Shown here piece by piece: positions 37,508-47,116 of a DNA stretch of 64,000 nucleotides. Made by a program: the position numbers and the translations under genes. The notes beneath the pieces were generated by a model. It did not search any database and was not told the DNA's origin. It worked only from the letters and a program-made list of their open reading frames with translations. The stretch is from a virus. The DNA lies in IMG/VR virus record IMGVR_UViG_3300033156_000439, positions 1 to 64,000 of that record. One strand, given 5' to 3'. How positions within the stretch are numbered: position 1 is the stretch's first letter; each line of letters starts with the position of its first letter.

Positions 37508-38640
37508 AAGTAGGAGTCATAACTTCGGTTTTCTTTCCTCTTATAGACAATGCTTACAAGTTCTATGGAGGAATGGAAATTAGAACTTTGTCCTTGATTG
37601 AATATCTAAGCCAGAGAGGGCATGATGTACATGTCTTTGCGACCAAGGATTCTTCTCTTCACATAAAGAATGTGACTCTTCATACCGGAAATTACCCTAT
37701 TTGGGACGGCAAACGTTTATCGTCCTACGATACAGAAAAAGATATCATAGTGAGCAATTTGGACATCCTAAAGAGTTGTGATGCAGTTATTGAGGATAAT
37801 CATTTTCATTATTACAATTATCTCGCTTCGAAGAAAGGCTTCAAACAAAATGTAGCAATGTCTTGGGACTTCTATCCGAATAATCTCAAGGTCTTACCTC
37901 CTACACCAAGAAATGTACTTTGTGTATCGAAGTGGTTACGCAATGAGATTAGGGATAAGTTCGCTCATGCTGGACACAAAATTTATTACGCTTATTCAGG
38001 ACTAAACTTGGATTACTATAAGCCTTTTAATAATCACCCCTCCTTTGATGGACCAATTTTGTTCCTCAATAGATTTTCTCACATCAAAGGAGGGCATATA
38101 TTCCTTCAGTTGGCAAAAGATATGCCTGACGAGGGATTCCTAATGATGGGTGACGTTCTCTTTACACAAGAAGGTACTTACGCGTGGAAACTCAAACAAA
38201 TAGCAGACGATATGCCTAATGTAAAAGTCATATTCAATGCTTCATGGGAAGAAAAGATTAATGCGTTGCAGACATGTAAATTTCTTGTTCATCCGTGTAT
38301 AGTTCCAGAGCCTCTTGGGCTTGATTGTCTTGAAGCACAATATCTTGGCAAATACGTTATAGGATTTGCGATGGGTGGACTCCTTGAAACAGTTAAAGAA
38401 GGTAAAACAGGAAGTTTAGTCTTTCCTGAGAGAAATTCAGAGGCAAATTACAAGAGGTTGAAAGAGAGAGTCGAAATTTTTACATCAAAGGAACCGAATC
38501 CGAAAGTTTGCATTAGGAACGTTGAAGAAAATTTCAATTTCAAGAAGTTTTCAGCTCCTGTTTATGAAGCAATACTGATGGGCAAAAGTGAAGATGAAAT
38601 CCACGAATTAGAACGTAAACAAAATGCTGTCGCAATATGA
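37504..38640 (+). CDS. GT4 family glycosyltransferase
   Basis: YGGME, GHDVHVF, R...KG, EPLGL..LEA, GG..E.V..G.TG. Confidence 0.9.
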   Translation: MKVGVITSVFFPLIDNAYKFYGGMEIRTLSLIEYLSQRGHDVHVFATKDSSLHIKNVTLHTGNYPIWDGKRLSSYDTEKDIIVSNLDILKSCDAVIEDNHFHYYNYLASKKGFKQNVAMSWDFYPNNLKVLPPTPRNVLCVSKWLRNEIRDKFAHAGHKIYYAYSGLNLDYYKPFNNHPSFDGPILFLNRFSHIKGGHIFLQLAKDMPDEGFLMMGDVLFTQEGTYAWKLKQIADDMPNVKVIFNASWEEKINALQTCKFLVHPCIVPEPLGLDCLEAQYLGKYVIGFAMGGLLETVKEGKTGSLVFPERNSEANYKRLKERVEIFTSKEPNPKVCIRNVEENFNFKKFSAPVYEAILMGKSEDEIHELERKQNAVAI

Positions 38641-39134
38641 AGGATACGACCCCAATTCTCGTTAAAAGTACAACAAAGCAGAAACTTTCGGAGGCAAAAG
38701 AAATACTTCGGAAGACTTGGGATGATTTCCTTGTGTACCTTCTCGAGTTTTATATTTCTCATGCAGATGAGGATGATAAGGAGTTAGACAAGGCTGATGT
38801 AATGCGCTATTGCATCTCTTCTCCCGATACGAGTTCACTCGAGTTCCATAGAGATCAGCTTACGAAGATTCTTACAGATTTGGAACACACATACGCAACA
38901 ACCGGTGATCCAAAAGACAAAGCGACAATTGCTGAGAAGATTGCTCGTATTAATGCCTCTCTTAAAGACATTTCAAAAACTGATGAAAGTAGTCGAGTAC
39001 TTGAAGAGATAGCTCAAATAAAAAAGAACAGATTAAAAATCTTAAAGAATATAGCTCCAACAAAAACTGTAAAACGAAATGAAGATAAAGAAGAGATATC
39101 GGAAACTGAGAGTGAACAAGAAGCAAATAATTAA
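38637..39134 (+). CDS. Putative terminase small subunit with RHH-like N-terminus
   Basis: Directly upstream of TerL; N-terminal T.ILVK.TTKQKL...K......TWDDFL. Confidence 0.5.
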   Translation: MKDTTPILVKSTTKQKLSEAKEILRKTWDDFLVYLLEFYISHADEDDKELDKADVMRYCISSPDTSSLEFHRDQLTKILTDLEHTYATTGDPKDKATIAEKIARINASLKDISKTDESSRVLEEIAQIKKNRLKILKNIAPTKTVKRNEDKEEISETESEQEANN

Positions 39135-40704
39135 GGTCATTTGTGATTATTGTGGAAAGGAATACGAGGTCACTGAGCAAGTTTACTATGCTAAGATGCG
39201 ACAGGGCTTTAGATACTTCTTCTGTTCGGAGCAATGTTTAGCCCGTGCTCGTGCAGAATACTTATGGAACCGTAAAGCGCCAGTTAACATTCCTGATGAG
39301 CTTAAAGAAGAGCCTGAAGTTGAGGTGTCTCTCATACCGGAGGATATGCAAGGCTTTTGTTACTATTGTCATCGACGAATCCCAAAGTCAGCAATATTTT
39401 GTGAAGAACACGCAACCAAAGAACATCTTGCAATATTTGAAGCAACTCAGGAATTGCCAGTTCACCCAAGAGGTTGGTGGTCCTACGAAATAATTAAGGA
39501 TTGGCTTTCAGGTTACAAGAAAATTCTTCTAAAAGCTCCGTCTGGAACGGGTAAGAGCGTTCTTGAGGACATTATGGCGTATTTGAATTTGACACTCTTC
39601 GATAATTCCTTCACTCTTATAGGTTCAATTTCAATGCCAATAGCCGTGCAGCACATAGACAGAATTCGTGGATGGGTGGCTATGTCTCCCTTTAGAAACT
39701 TCATAGTGTATGACAGTAAAGAACAAATAAAACTTAAGAATGGTTCGAGAGTGTTAGCGATAGCGCAAAATGAAAAGACTCGAGGTGGTTACCATCCTGA
39801 TTTGATTCTGTTGGATGAGCTTGCTCGTATACGACCTTCTGCCTATTATGGCTTGTTTTATCAGATGGGAAAAACAAAGGGGGCAACTGAAATAGGAGTA
39901 TCGACTCCATTCCTCAACTCAGGAGCCTTTCTCAAGCTTTGGCATTCAGGAACGTCCAGAAATTATTCAGTAAAGCTTGAAGATTGTTGGTTTATTACTG
40001 AAGAAATGATAAGGGATGCTCAAAAAGACATGTCCCCCTCCTTTTTTGATCAGGTATTTAAAGCTGAATTTGTAGCAACCTCTAATAGAGTGATTCCAGA
40101 TGAGCAACTCCTTAACGCTATTACGGATACAAGATCGAAATATACAGGAGAAACAATAATGGGTCTCGACTTTGGACGCAAGCGAGATCATACAGCATTG
40201 GTAGTTCTTAATGATGAGGGTCATGTCATATACACCGAAATTTTGCCTCTCAAGACAACTTGGCGAGAACAATATGCCATAATACGCGATAGAACAAAAA
40301 AATTTAATCCTACCACGATATATGCGGATCAGACATCGATTGGTGATCCCATACTGGAGGAACTTTCGGACCTTCCGATTGAGCCTGTCCTAATGTCTAA
40401 CGATAAATTAAAAAAGAAGATTATTGACAATTTGGTTTTGTGTTTTGCTTATAATTCGATTCACATACCCAAAGATGAACAAAAGTTGATTGATCAGCTT
40501 TCAGCTTTTGTATATTTAGACGATAACTTAAGTAAGTGTGGTCCTGAAGGAGGAGCACATGACGACCTTGTGGACGCGTTGGCTCTTGCCTCCTTGGGAC
40601 TCGAACGACATATTGATGAAGAAGAAACTGCAGATAGTTGGGGAGCGATTGGTGGAGAACGGTCGCTCGATATGGAAGAAAGTCCTTGGACAATTGTATG
40701 GTGA
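39112..40704 (+). CDS. terL: Terminase large subunit with N-terminal Zn fingers
   Basis: Walker A APSGTGKS, RG, Walker B LILLDE, STP; nuclease GLDFG..D and HDDLVDALAL. The ORF track starts at 39079; GTG at 39112 is more plausible. Confidence 0.92.
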   Translation: MNKKQIIKVICDYCGKEYEVTEQVYYAKMRQGFRYFFCSEQCLARARAEYLWNRKAPVNIPDELKEEPEVEVSLIPEDMQGFCYYCHRRIPKSAIFCEEHATKEHLAIFEATQELPVHPRGWWSYEIIKDWLSGYKKILLKAPSGTGKSVLEDIMAYLNLTLFDNSFTLIGSISMPIAVQHIDRIRGWVAMSPFRNFIVYDSKEQIKLKNGSRVLAIAQNEKTRGGYHPDLILLDELARIRPSAYYGLFYQMGKTKGATEIGVSTPFLNSGAFLKLWHSGTSRNYSVKLEDCWFITEEMIRDAQKDMSPSFFDQVFKAEFVATSNRVIPDEQLLNAITDTRSKYTGETIMGLDFGRKRDHTALVVLNDEGHVIYTEILPLKTTWREQYAIIRDRTKKFNPTTIYADQTSIGDPILEELSDLPIEPVLMSNDKLKKKIIDNLVLCFAYNSIHIPKDEQKLIDQLSAFVYLDDNLSKCGPEGGAHDDLVDALALASLGLERHIDEEETADSWGAIGGERSLDMEESPWTIVW

Positions 40705-41698
40705 TCGGGATACAGATCCTTGGAAAGTAGGTGCTCCGAGTGGTGAAGACGAGAGTGATGAGTCTTCCAGAACTTTTAAGACTACACACGCGTTAGAGGT
40801 GGGTGGACCATCTCAAGAAGACTGGGAATTGTATTTGACAAGTCCTCCAGCATTTGCAGCAGTTGAAGCCGTCACCTTTGCTGTTCTCTCTGCTGGTTTT
40901 GAAATTCATGGTGAGAGTGAGCAAATTAGGGAAAGATACACACGGCGCTTTGATAAAGTATTTCCAAAGCTTTATTCTGTTATGCGAGACGCTTTAGTAT
41001 TTGGCGACAGTTATTCGAGAATCCTCTTCGGGAGGGATAACCATTTTACTGATATTGAAGTTTTATTTCCGCTCAATGTAGTAACTCAGAATGGTAATTA
41101 CTTTGTACGAGAAGGCGGGAAACTTGTTCGCGTCAAAAATATTTGGCACTTTCAAGCTATGGCTCGTACAGATTCCTCATTTGGCATATCAATGATAGGT
41201 GTAGCAAGACAACCTCTTAAGTGGAAGAAGGAAATTGACGAGAGTGTCCACGAGGGTATTATCAGACACGGTTTTGCGAAATATCACATTCAGTGCCTTC
41301 CTGACAGACGAGGACTTTATCCCGATGAAAATAAGCTCAAAGAATTGGAGAGACAATTTAGAAAGATTCACGTTGGTCATGAGTTTGTTTCGACAGATAA
41401 GGTTAAAATTGATCCAATTGACACGTCTGGATTTCCAGCTCTCTTAGACTATCTGCAATATTACACGAGTCTCGCTGCAACCGGCTTAATGGTTCCGGCT
41501 GAAACTCTTGGACAGGGTATAGCAACTTCACAGTATGCAACTGCTAAAGTAAGGATGGAATTCTTCCTCAAGAATACTATTCCTTATTTCCAAAGAGTCC
41601 TTGAATGTTCCATTAATGATAATCTCATGGGAGAACGAGCTGAGGGAGCTATATTTAAATTAAATGAGCCTAAAGAAATTTCGTATAAGACAGGATGA
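40694..41698 (+). CDS. Portal protein
   Basis: Follows TerL; DALVFGDSY, HF..ARTDSSFGIS, L.VP...LG, A.VRM. Start codon uncertain. Confidence 0.82.
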   Translation: MYGDRDTDPWKVGAPSGEDESDESSRTFKTTHALEVGGPSQEDWELYLTSPPAFAAVEAVTFAVLSAGFEIHGESEQIRERYTRRFDKVFPKLYSVMRDALVFGDSYSRILFGRDNHFTDIEVLFPLNVVTQNGNYFVREGGKLVRVKNIWHFQAMARTDSSFGISMIGVARQPLKWKKEIDESVHEGIIRHGFAKYHIQCLPDRRGLYPDENKLKELERQFRKIHVGHEFVSTDKVKIDPIDTSGFPALLDYLQYYTSLAATGLMVPAETLGQGIATSQYATAKVRMEFFLKNTIPYFQRVLECSINDNLMGERAEGAIFKLNEPKEISYKTG

Positions 41699-42126
41699 TT
41701 CACGATACATTTACACCTTTAGGACGAGAGAAAAAGGATATATTTCACGATAGGATTTTAGTAGAGAGTGGGGACATGTTATATGATTCCACATCCCAAG
41801 GTGTTCCCATTTTCATACCCCCTAATGTTCTGAAAAATGCTCGTATTCCTAAAAAGTTACCATTTCAGATTTTTCACAATGGAAAGGAAGTTGGGGAAGT
41901 TAAAAATATTCGATGGGATGGTAGAGCGCTTAGAGGAGATATTCATGTTTACCCTCAACACAATGAAGAGGTAGTTAGAGAGCTTTTGAGGGGAAATCAT
42001 GGTTTGTCTATGCGCTTCTCTTCTATTGATGAGGATTATAAAACCTATACCTTAATTAAGGACTTGACGTTGGAGCATTTAGCTCTTGTTCCAGCTCCAG
42101 CGTCGCCGTCTGCAAGAATAGTGTAA
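41695..42126 (+). CDS. Prohead protease 1 (short, HK97/DUF2213-like)
   Basis: H..KEVGEV, GLS, HLALV..PA.P.ARI; located between portal and capsid gene. Confidence 0.75.
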   Translation: MIHDTFTPLGREKKDIFHDRILVESGDMLYDSTSQGVPIFIPPNVLKNARIPKKLPFQIFHNGKEVGEVKNIRWDGRALRGDIHVYPQHNEEVVRELLRGNHGLSMRFSSIDEDYKTYTLIKDLTLEHLALVPAPASPSARIV

Positions 42127-42156
42127 AATTCTACGAAAGAGATAAGGAGAAAAGAA

Positions 42157-43011
42157 ATGGGTGAATTAGCTGATAGGTTAAAAGAATACGTCGCTAAGGT
42201 GCAGACCCACGAACTCAGTGCGTCTGATGATATACGACGACTAACGCAGAAAGCCTATTATAACGCTGTCATGGCTGGAGCTAAACGAAGGGAATTCATG
42301 AGGAAGATATTACCTGTTGTCAAAACAAGTTCACATAGAGTGAGAGTATTCACATCTAATGCGAATGGATATGCTTCAAAAGGAGCTTATAAGGGTGAAC
42401 CTCCTATTTTTCATCCTAAATACACAAGCGTCGATGTGGTCACCGAAAAAGCTTGGACTTTACCTCTCGCTCCAAAAGAATTGGTTGAGGACGCAGAATT
42501 TGGCTTAATAGAGAATGAGGTTTCATTGGCTGGTATGCGATTGGAGAACACTTTAAACCAGGATGCAATTTCTACTTTAATAGATAGTGCTGATCATTCT
42601 GTAACATGTAGCATAGCATCTTCAGTAACGGCAATAAAAGACGCTTGTATTTATGTTGCAAACTCTCAATTTACTCCAACCCATTTGATTGCCAATCCAT
42701 ATTTCTTCTTTTCTGCTATGGCAACTGCACAGTCACCTTTAATGTATAATGAGGAACAGGGTGGTCCTCTTGATATGAAATTCCTTGCTGTGACTTCAAA
42801 TGGCAATAAAAATTGGAGATGGGAAAACGCAGGAGATGTCGGAGCAGTAGTGTTAGATGCTGAAATGGCAGCACTGATCCTCATGAAGGAGGATATAACA
42901 GTGAAAAAATATTCTGATCCTCTCAATGATTTACGTGGTGCAATAGTAGAAATGAAATACAAAGTTGTAGTAAGAAAACCCAAAGCTATTTGTATAATTA
43001 AACATGATTAG
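42157..43011 (+). CDS. HK97-fold capsid protein, copy 1
   Basis: ELVEDAEFGLIE...G.RLENTLN; C-terminal DITVKKYSDPLNDLR; paralog of 59835..60821. Confidence 0.8.
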   Translation: MGELADRLKEYVAKVQTHELSASDDIRRLTQKAYYNAVMAGAKRREFMRKILPVVKTSSHRVRVFTSNANGYASKGAYKGEPPIFHPKYTSVDVVTEKAWTLPLAPKELVEDAEFGLIENEVSLAGMRLENTLNQDAISTLIDSADHSVTCSIASSVTAIKDACIYVANSQFTPTHLIANPYFFFSAMATAQSPLMYNEEQGGPLDMKFLAVTSNGNKNWRWENAGDVGAVVLDAEMAALILMKEDITVKKYSDPLNDLRGAIVEMKYKVVVRKPKAICIIKHD

Positions 43012-43020
43012 GGGAGGAAA

Positions 43021-43698
43021 ATGCGAACAATTGTTCTATTAGTAGCTCTTTTAGTATTATGTCTCGTTCCGCTTTCTCAAGCAGCCCTTTCCAGTGTGGT
43101 CACGCTTAACGCTACGGACGCGTCAGGGATTAATCACGAGTTGTATTACATTGATTTCCGAGAAGACTTGGATGAAGGAGTGATTTATAACTCAGAGAGC
43201 ACTGCTGATCGTGGAACCGTTTTATTCAAACAAGAGGCTATGAGTGCTGGTAATGCCATCATGGTAGCCACAAATTATACCTATTTTGAAGGACGTGCTT
43301 TAATATCAGGTGCATCTTTAGTAGAGAATATGGGCGGAGTCAATGTTCACAGTGCCAATTACACATTAGGTGTGGTAGGTCTAAAAGGAACTTCCAGTTC
43401 CAAATTAGCTGTGGCTTCTGCTTCGAGTATCTCTCCCTACAATGTGCAGTATCAGTATAGCGTTTCGGGAGCAAATGGAGGCGCAGGGATTGGTGCTGCT
43501 GAAGTAAGTAACACAGGTAAGACCCATGCAAAAACAACAATAAGAGATGCAAAACAATTTGCATTGTCTGGTGAGTTGAGTTGGTCAGTACCAAAACCCG
43601 CTGGAGGAATAGAAGTACCAAATACAGACATATCACATTTGTGTGTATGGGCTCAGGAGAGTCCTGCATATCCTATCTTTCCAGGAATAGGAGCGTGA
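43021..43698 (+). CDS. Secreted protein with signal peptide
   Basis: MRTIVLLVALLVLCLVPLSQA-A leader; Ser/Gly/Ala-rich beta body. Confidence 0.75.
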   Translation: MRTIVLLVALLVLCLVPLSQAALSSVVTLNATDASGINHELYYIDFREDLDEGVIYNSESTADRGTVLFKQEAMSAGNAIMVATNYTYFEGRALISGASLVENMGGVNVHSANYTLGVVGLKGTSSSKLAVASASSISPYNVQYQYSVSGANGGAGIGAAEVSNTGKTHAKTTIRDAKQFALSGELSWSVPKPAGGIEVPNTDISHLCVWAQESPAYPIFPGIGA

Positions 43699-43699
43699 A

Positions 43700-44695
43700 A
43701 TGAAAACTCCTCTTTCCTCTATTTTTAATTTTGGAGCAATTCCCTCTCCTTGGGATAAAAGGGACGTTATATACGCGGCTCTTACTTCAAAAGAGAAGCC
43801 AGAGGTATTTAGTCTTAAGAAATACCAAGGACCGGTAGTAGATCAAGGTTCTCGACAGATATGCGTTCCTTGTGCGTTGTGTGCAATTGTAGAGTCAAAG
43901 CAATTTTACAATACTAATTTGTCCGAATGTTACATTTACAAGCGTCGTTCCCATAAGGGAGACGGTATGGTGCTGAGGAACGCTCTCAAAATTATGCAAA
44001 AGGAAGGCACTTGTCAAGAAATGTGCTTTCCGTTGTCTACGTGTCAAGAACGATGCAGTGAAAGTTCAATTAAAAAGAATGCTCTGTCTTATAGGATAGG
44101 AGAATATCACAGAGTATTCAATGACATTATTGGCACAATGTTTACACACAAATTACCAGTGTTTGCAGCCGTTCCCGTGTATGATAATTGGTCCTACGAC
44201 GCTTGCATACCCATGCCCTCTGGTGAATTCTTAGGCTTTCACGCTATTACGATTGTAGGATATGACCTCACAAAGAAATATTATGAATTCAAAAACTCTT
44301 GGGGAACAGAATGGGGAAACGGGGGATATGGGGAGTTGCCTCTCAATTATCCGATAGCCGAAGCGTGGATAGTTGAACCAAAACAGGGTAGTGACAATAA
44401 AGATTTAATTCCCGACGATGTAACTATAAAGAATGCGATATGTGGAATGTCCATTTTCGGACTTGGTATTGAGCTTGAGATTACTGTTCCTTGGGATTGT
44501 ACCGTAAAACCTAACTTCGGGATATTCCGGTTTCCACGAGCCCTCCATAGAGGGACGAATACGATCATGTTTCGAGTTCCATTCAAGAAGGGTTTACAAC
44601 CCTTGAGCTTGACCTTTAAACACAGAAACTCGTTAATTGAAATGTCTGCTACTCTTTCTAATACAATTCAATTGAGTGAGTGGGAAAGAATTTAA
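43700..44695 (+). CDS. Papain-like (C1A) cysteine peptidase
   Basis: DQG....C, GFHAITIVGY, KNSWG..WG.GGYG. Confidence 0.88.
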   Translation: MKTPLSSIFNFGAIPSPWDKRDVIYAALTSKEKPEVFSLKKYQGPVVDQGSRQICVPCALCAIVESKQFYNTNLSECYIYKRRSHKGDGMVLRNALKIMQKEGTCQEMCFPLSTCQERCSESSIKKNALSYRIGEYHRVFNDIIGTMFTHKLPVFAAVPVYDNWSYDACIPMPSGEFLGFHAITIVGYDLTKKYYEFKNSWGTEWGNGGYGELPLNYPIAEAWIVEPKQGSDNKDLIPDDVTIKNAICGMSIFGLGIELEITVPWDCTVKPNFGIFRFPRALHRGTNTIMFRVPFKKGLQPLSLTFKHRNSLIEMSATLSNTIQLSEWERI

Positions 44696-44701
44696 ATTAG
44701 A

Positions 44702-47116
44702 ATGAGCCTACGAGTAACATTTCTCGGAGTGAGTGCAGAAGCAAAGGGACACTCTTGCATATTGATTGAGTCCCCTAAAGCGAAAGTTCTTTTAGAACCC
44801 ACCCAGCGGGTTAAGGATGTTGATGCTGTTATAATTACGGATATAGACAAAGATGAATATAGCGAATGGAAATATTATGCAGACCAAGGAGTTCCAATAT
44901 ATTCAGTAGCAGCAATAAAGAGATGGGCAGAAGATGATGAGCTTCGTGAGCACATTCAAGTGATAAGCAACAAGTTCTCAATTAAGGGTCTCCACATGAA
45001 TTGGCTAAAAGCTAATGTCGCTCCTCACGAACCAGCAGGCGGAGTTAGAATCCCAAGTTACGATGTAGATATAGTGCCTGAACTTCCACCTTATATTCCT
45101 CAAGCTTTAATAAAGGCATTCGGACTGCCACCGTCTCACATCATTGTTGGTATTGGCTCTTATAAGAAGTTTGATCACAAAATATCATTTGAGGATTTTC
45201 TTCTTCAACTTGAGAAGACTCGGAGTGGCAAGGAAAAAGGTCTTTTATCTATTACTCTTACAAATTTCAGGAAAGATTTAAAGGAACATAAAAGTGAAGT
45301 CCTTAGAAGACTGAAAGAACGATGGGATATACCCGTCTTTTGGGCGGAGAAGGACATGATACTTGAGTTCTCTAAGAGTGGACAGGTTGAACGAATAAAT
45401 GGAACTTCTGGTGAATTAGAAAAGCTTTACCTTAAAGAATTCCTTTCCAAAGGAGTGGATTATGACATTAAACATGTTAAAACAAGGTGGAAAGAATGCA
45501 TTGCAGATTTGCGATATTTGGCTAACAACGCCGTGCCTCGCTTGAAAGCAGGAAAGAAGTGGGGTGAGTGGACTCTTGATGCGTGCTATAAATATTTTGC
45601 TGCTTTGATAGATGCTCTTCGCAGTGTGTATTTTACACTTGTTCCTCCCACTCAACCTGAGCTATACAAAATAGAGCATCCTGATAAAGATCCTAAGGAA
45701 GCACTTAAGACTTCTTTCTGGCAGACATATTTAAAGGCTAAGAAATACATGAAGTCCAAACCTCCCAAGGATGAGGAAGAATTAAAAGAGTGGAATAAGA
45801 AGCGAGCAAAAATAATAAGTGCGTCTGAAGAAACAAAGAACCTTAAAGTTGGATACCTTTCTAAGGCTAAACCATATTTACGATTCTTCCTTCCTACTAT
45901 TCATGAAGATATTGCGAGTGCTGGATGGGATGAAAAGAAGCTCCTTATTGATGTTAAAGCTGATGGTCTTAGAATTACTCTTTGGAAGTCAGGCGGTAAA
46001 GGGTACGTGTTTGTAGATCCAGAAGAACTTAAGCACAAGTCTCCATTAATAAACAAATATATTCCTCAGATAGTGAGAGAGATCGAAGAACACTTCCCTG
46101 ATAACACAGCTCTTGATGGGGAACTTTATGCAGCAAAAGGCAATGAGGCTTTACATAGAACTGTCATAAATGGAATTATAAATACTAAGCTTCCTCCCGA
46201 AAGATTCATACCTTATGCGTACGCATTTATATTTGATGTCCTTGTTTATAAAGGGAATGATGTTCGAGATAAATCTCTTGAAGATAGACTGAAACTGCTC
46301 CAAACTTTCAAGTCCACTTCACATATCAAAATAGAAAAAGTAAGCAAAGTTGCAATACCAAGCTATTCTGGGTACATAGTAGACGGGAATAACAAGAGTA
46401 TGATAGATAAAGCCATTCATTTGATAAAAACTTCAAAACACGGTCTCCATAAGGGATTGCAAGAGGGTGTTATGATTAAAACTTTAGATCATTTCTACGA
46501 AGTCCCTACGAATAAAGGAGCAGCTAAATGTAAGTTTTGGCACGAAGTTGACACTGTGGTGCTGGATAAGAAGTTGGTAAAAGGACAAACTGATGTATGG
46601 AATTATTATCTGGGCATTGAAATACCAGCCGGATATGCTAAGATGATGCTTGATGATACTCAGGCGTATAAACGGGTTCGATGTTTGTATAACGGTCATC
46701 TTTACAAAAAGAAAGAGTGTCAAGATTATTTAGACAGGCGAGGTGCTCGATTCTTTATGGAATACGGAAAGTCGGATAACACAAAAATTAAGTGTGATGT
46801 TGGAGACGTCCTTAGAGTGTCCTCTGAAGAAGTCCTTTATAATGCAAACGAAACTCATCCAGAATGCCCCTATTATACAGGATACATAAATAGGGCGATG
46901 GAGCCAGTGCCAGAAAGAAAGACTTCTGATAATTTAGTCGTGTTGCACCGTCTTGCTTTACTTGAACCTCAGCGGATACCCTTGGAAGTCTTAGCGAAAT
47001 GGAAAGAAAATATGCCTCCAGAGATAAAGAAGTATTGCGACTATATCAGGTCCTTATCTACTCCAAAACTAATTCAATTTTATAATGCACTAAAGAAGGT
47101 TCAAAATGAAGAGTGA
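44702..47116 (+). CDS. ATP-dependent DNA ligase with degenerate metallo-beta-lactamase-like N-terminal domain
   Basis: KADG motif I, LDGEL, FDVL, EGVMIK, KCK, OB domain. N-terminus VTFLG...SCILIE...AVIITDIDKDE lacks HxHxDH. Confidence 0.85.
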   Translation: MSLRVTFLGVSAEAKGHSCILIESPKAKVLLEPTQRVKDVDAVIITDIDKDEYSEWKYYADQGVPIYSVAAIKRWAEDDELREHIQVISNKFSIKGLHMNWLKANVAPHEPAGGVRIPSYDVDIVPELPPYIPQALIKAFGLPPSHIIVGIGSYKKFDHKISFEDFLLQLEKTRSGKEKGLLSITLTNFRKDLKEHKSEVLRRLKERWDIPVFWAEKDMILEFSKSGQVERINGTSGELEKLYLKEFLSKGVDYDIKHVKTRWKECIADLRYLANNAVPRLKAGKKWGEWTLDACYKYFAALIDALRSVYFTLVPPTQPELYKIEHPDKDPKEALKTSFWQTYLKAKKYMKSKPPKDEEELKEWNKKRAKIISASEETKNLKVGYLSKAKPYLRFFLPTIHEDIASAGWDEKKLLIDVKADGLRITLWKSGGKGYVFVDPEELKHKSPLINKYIPQIVREIEEHFPDNTALDGELYAAKGNEALHRTVINGIINTKLPPERFIPYAYAFIFDVLVYKGNDVRDKSLEDRLKLLQTFKSTSHIKIEKVSKVAIPSYSGYIVDGNNKSMIDKAIHLIKTSKHGLHKGLQEGVMIKTLDHFYEVPTNKGAAKCKFWHEVDTVVLDKKLVKGQTDVWNYYLGIEIPAGYAKMMLDDTQAYKRVRCLYNGHLYKKKECQDYLDRRGARFFMEYGKSDNTKIKCDVGDVLRVSSEEVLYNANETHPECPYYTGYINRAMEPVPERKTSDNLVVLHRLALLEPQRIPLEVLAKWKENMPPEIKKYCDYIRSLSTPKLIQFYNALKKVQNEE

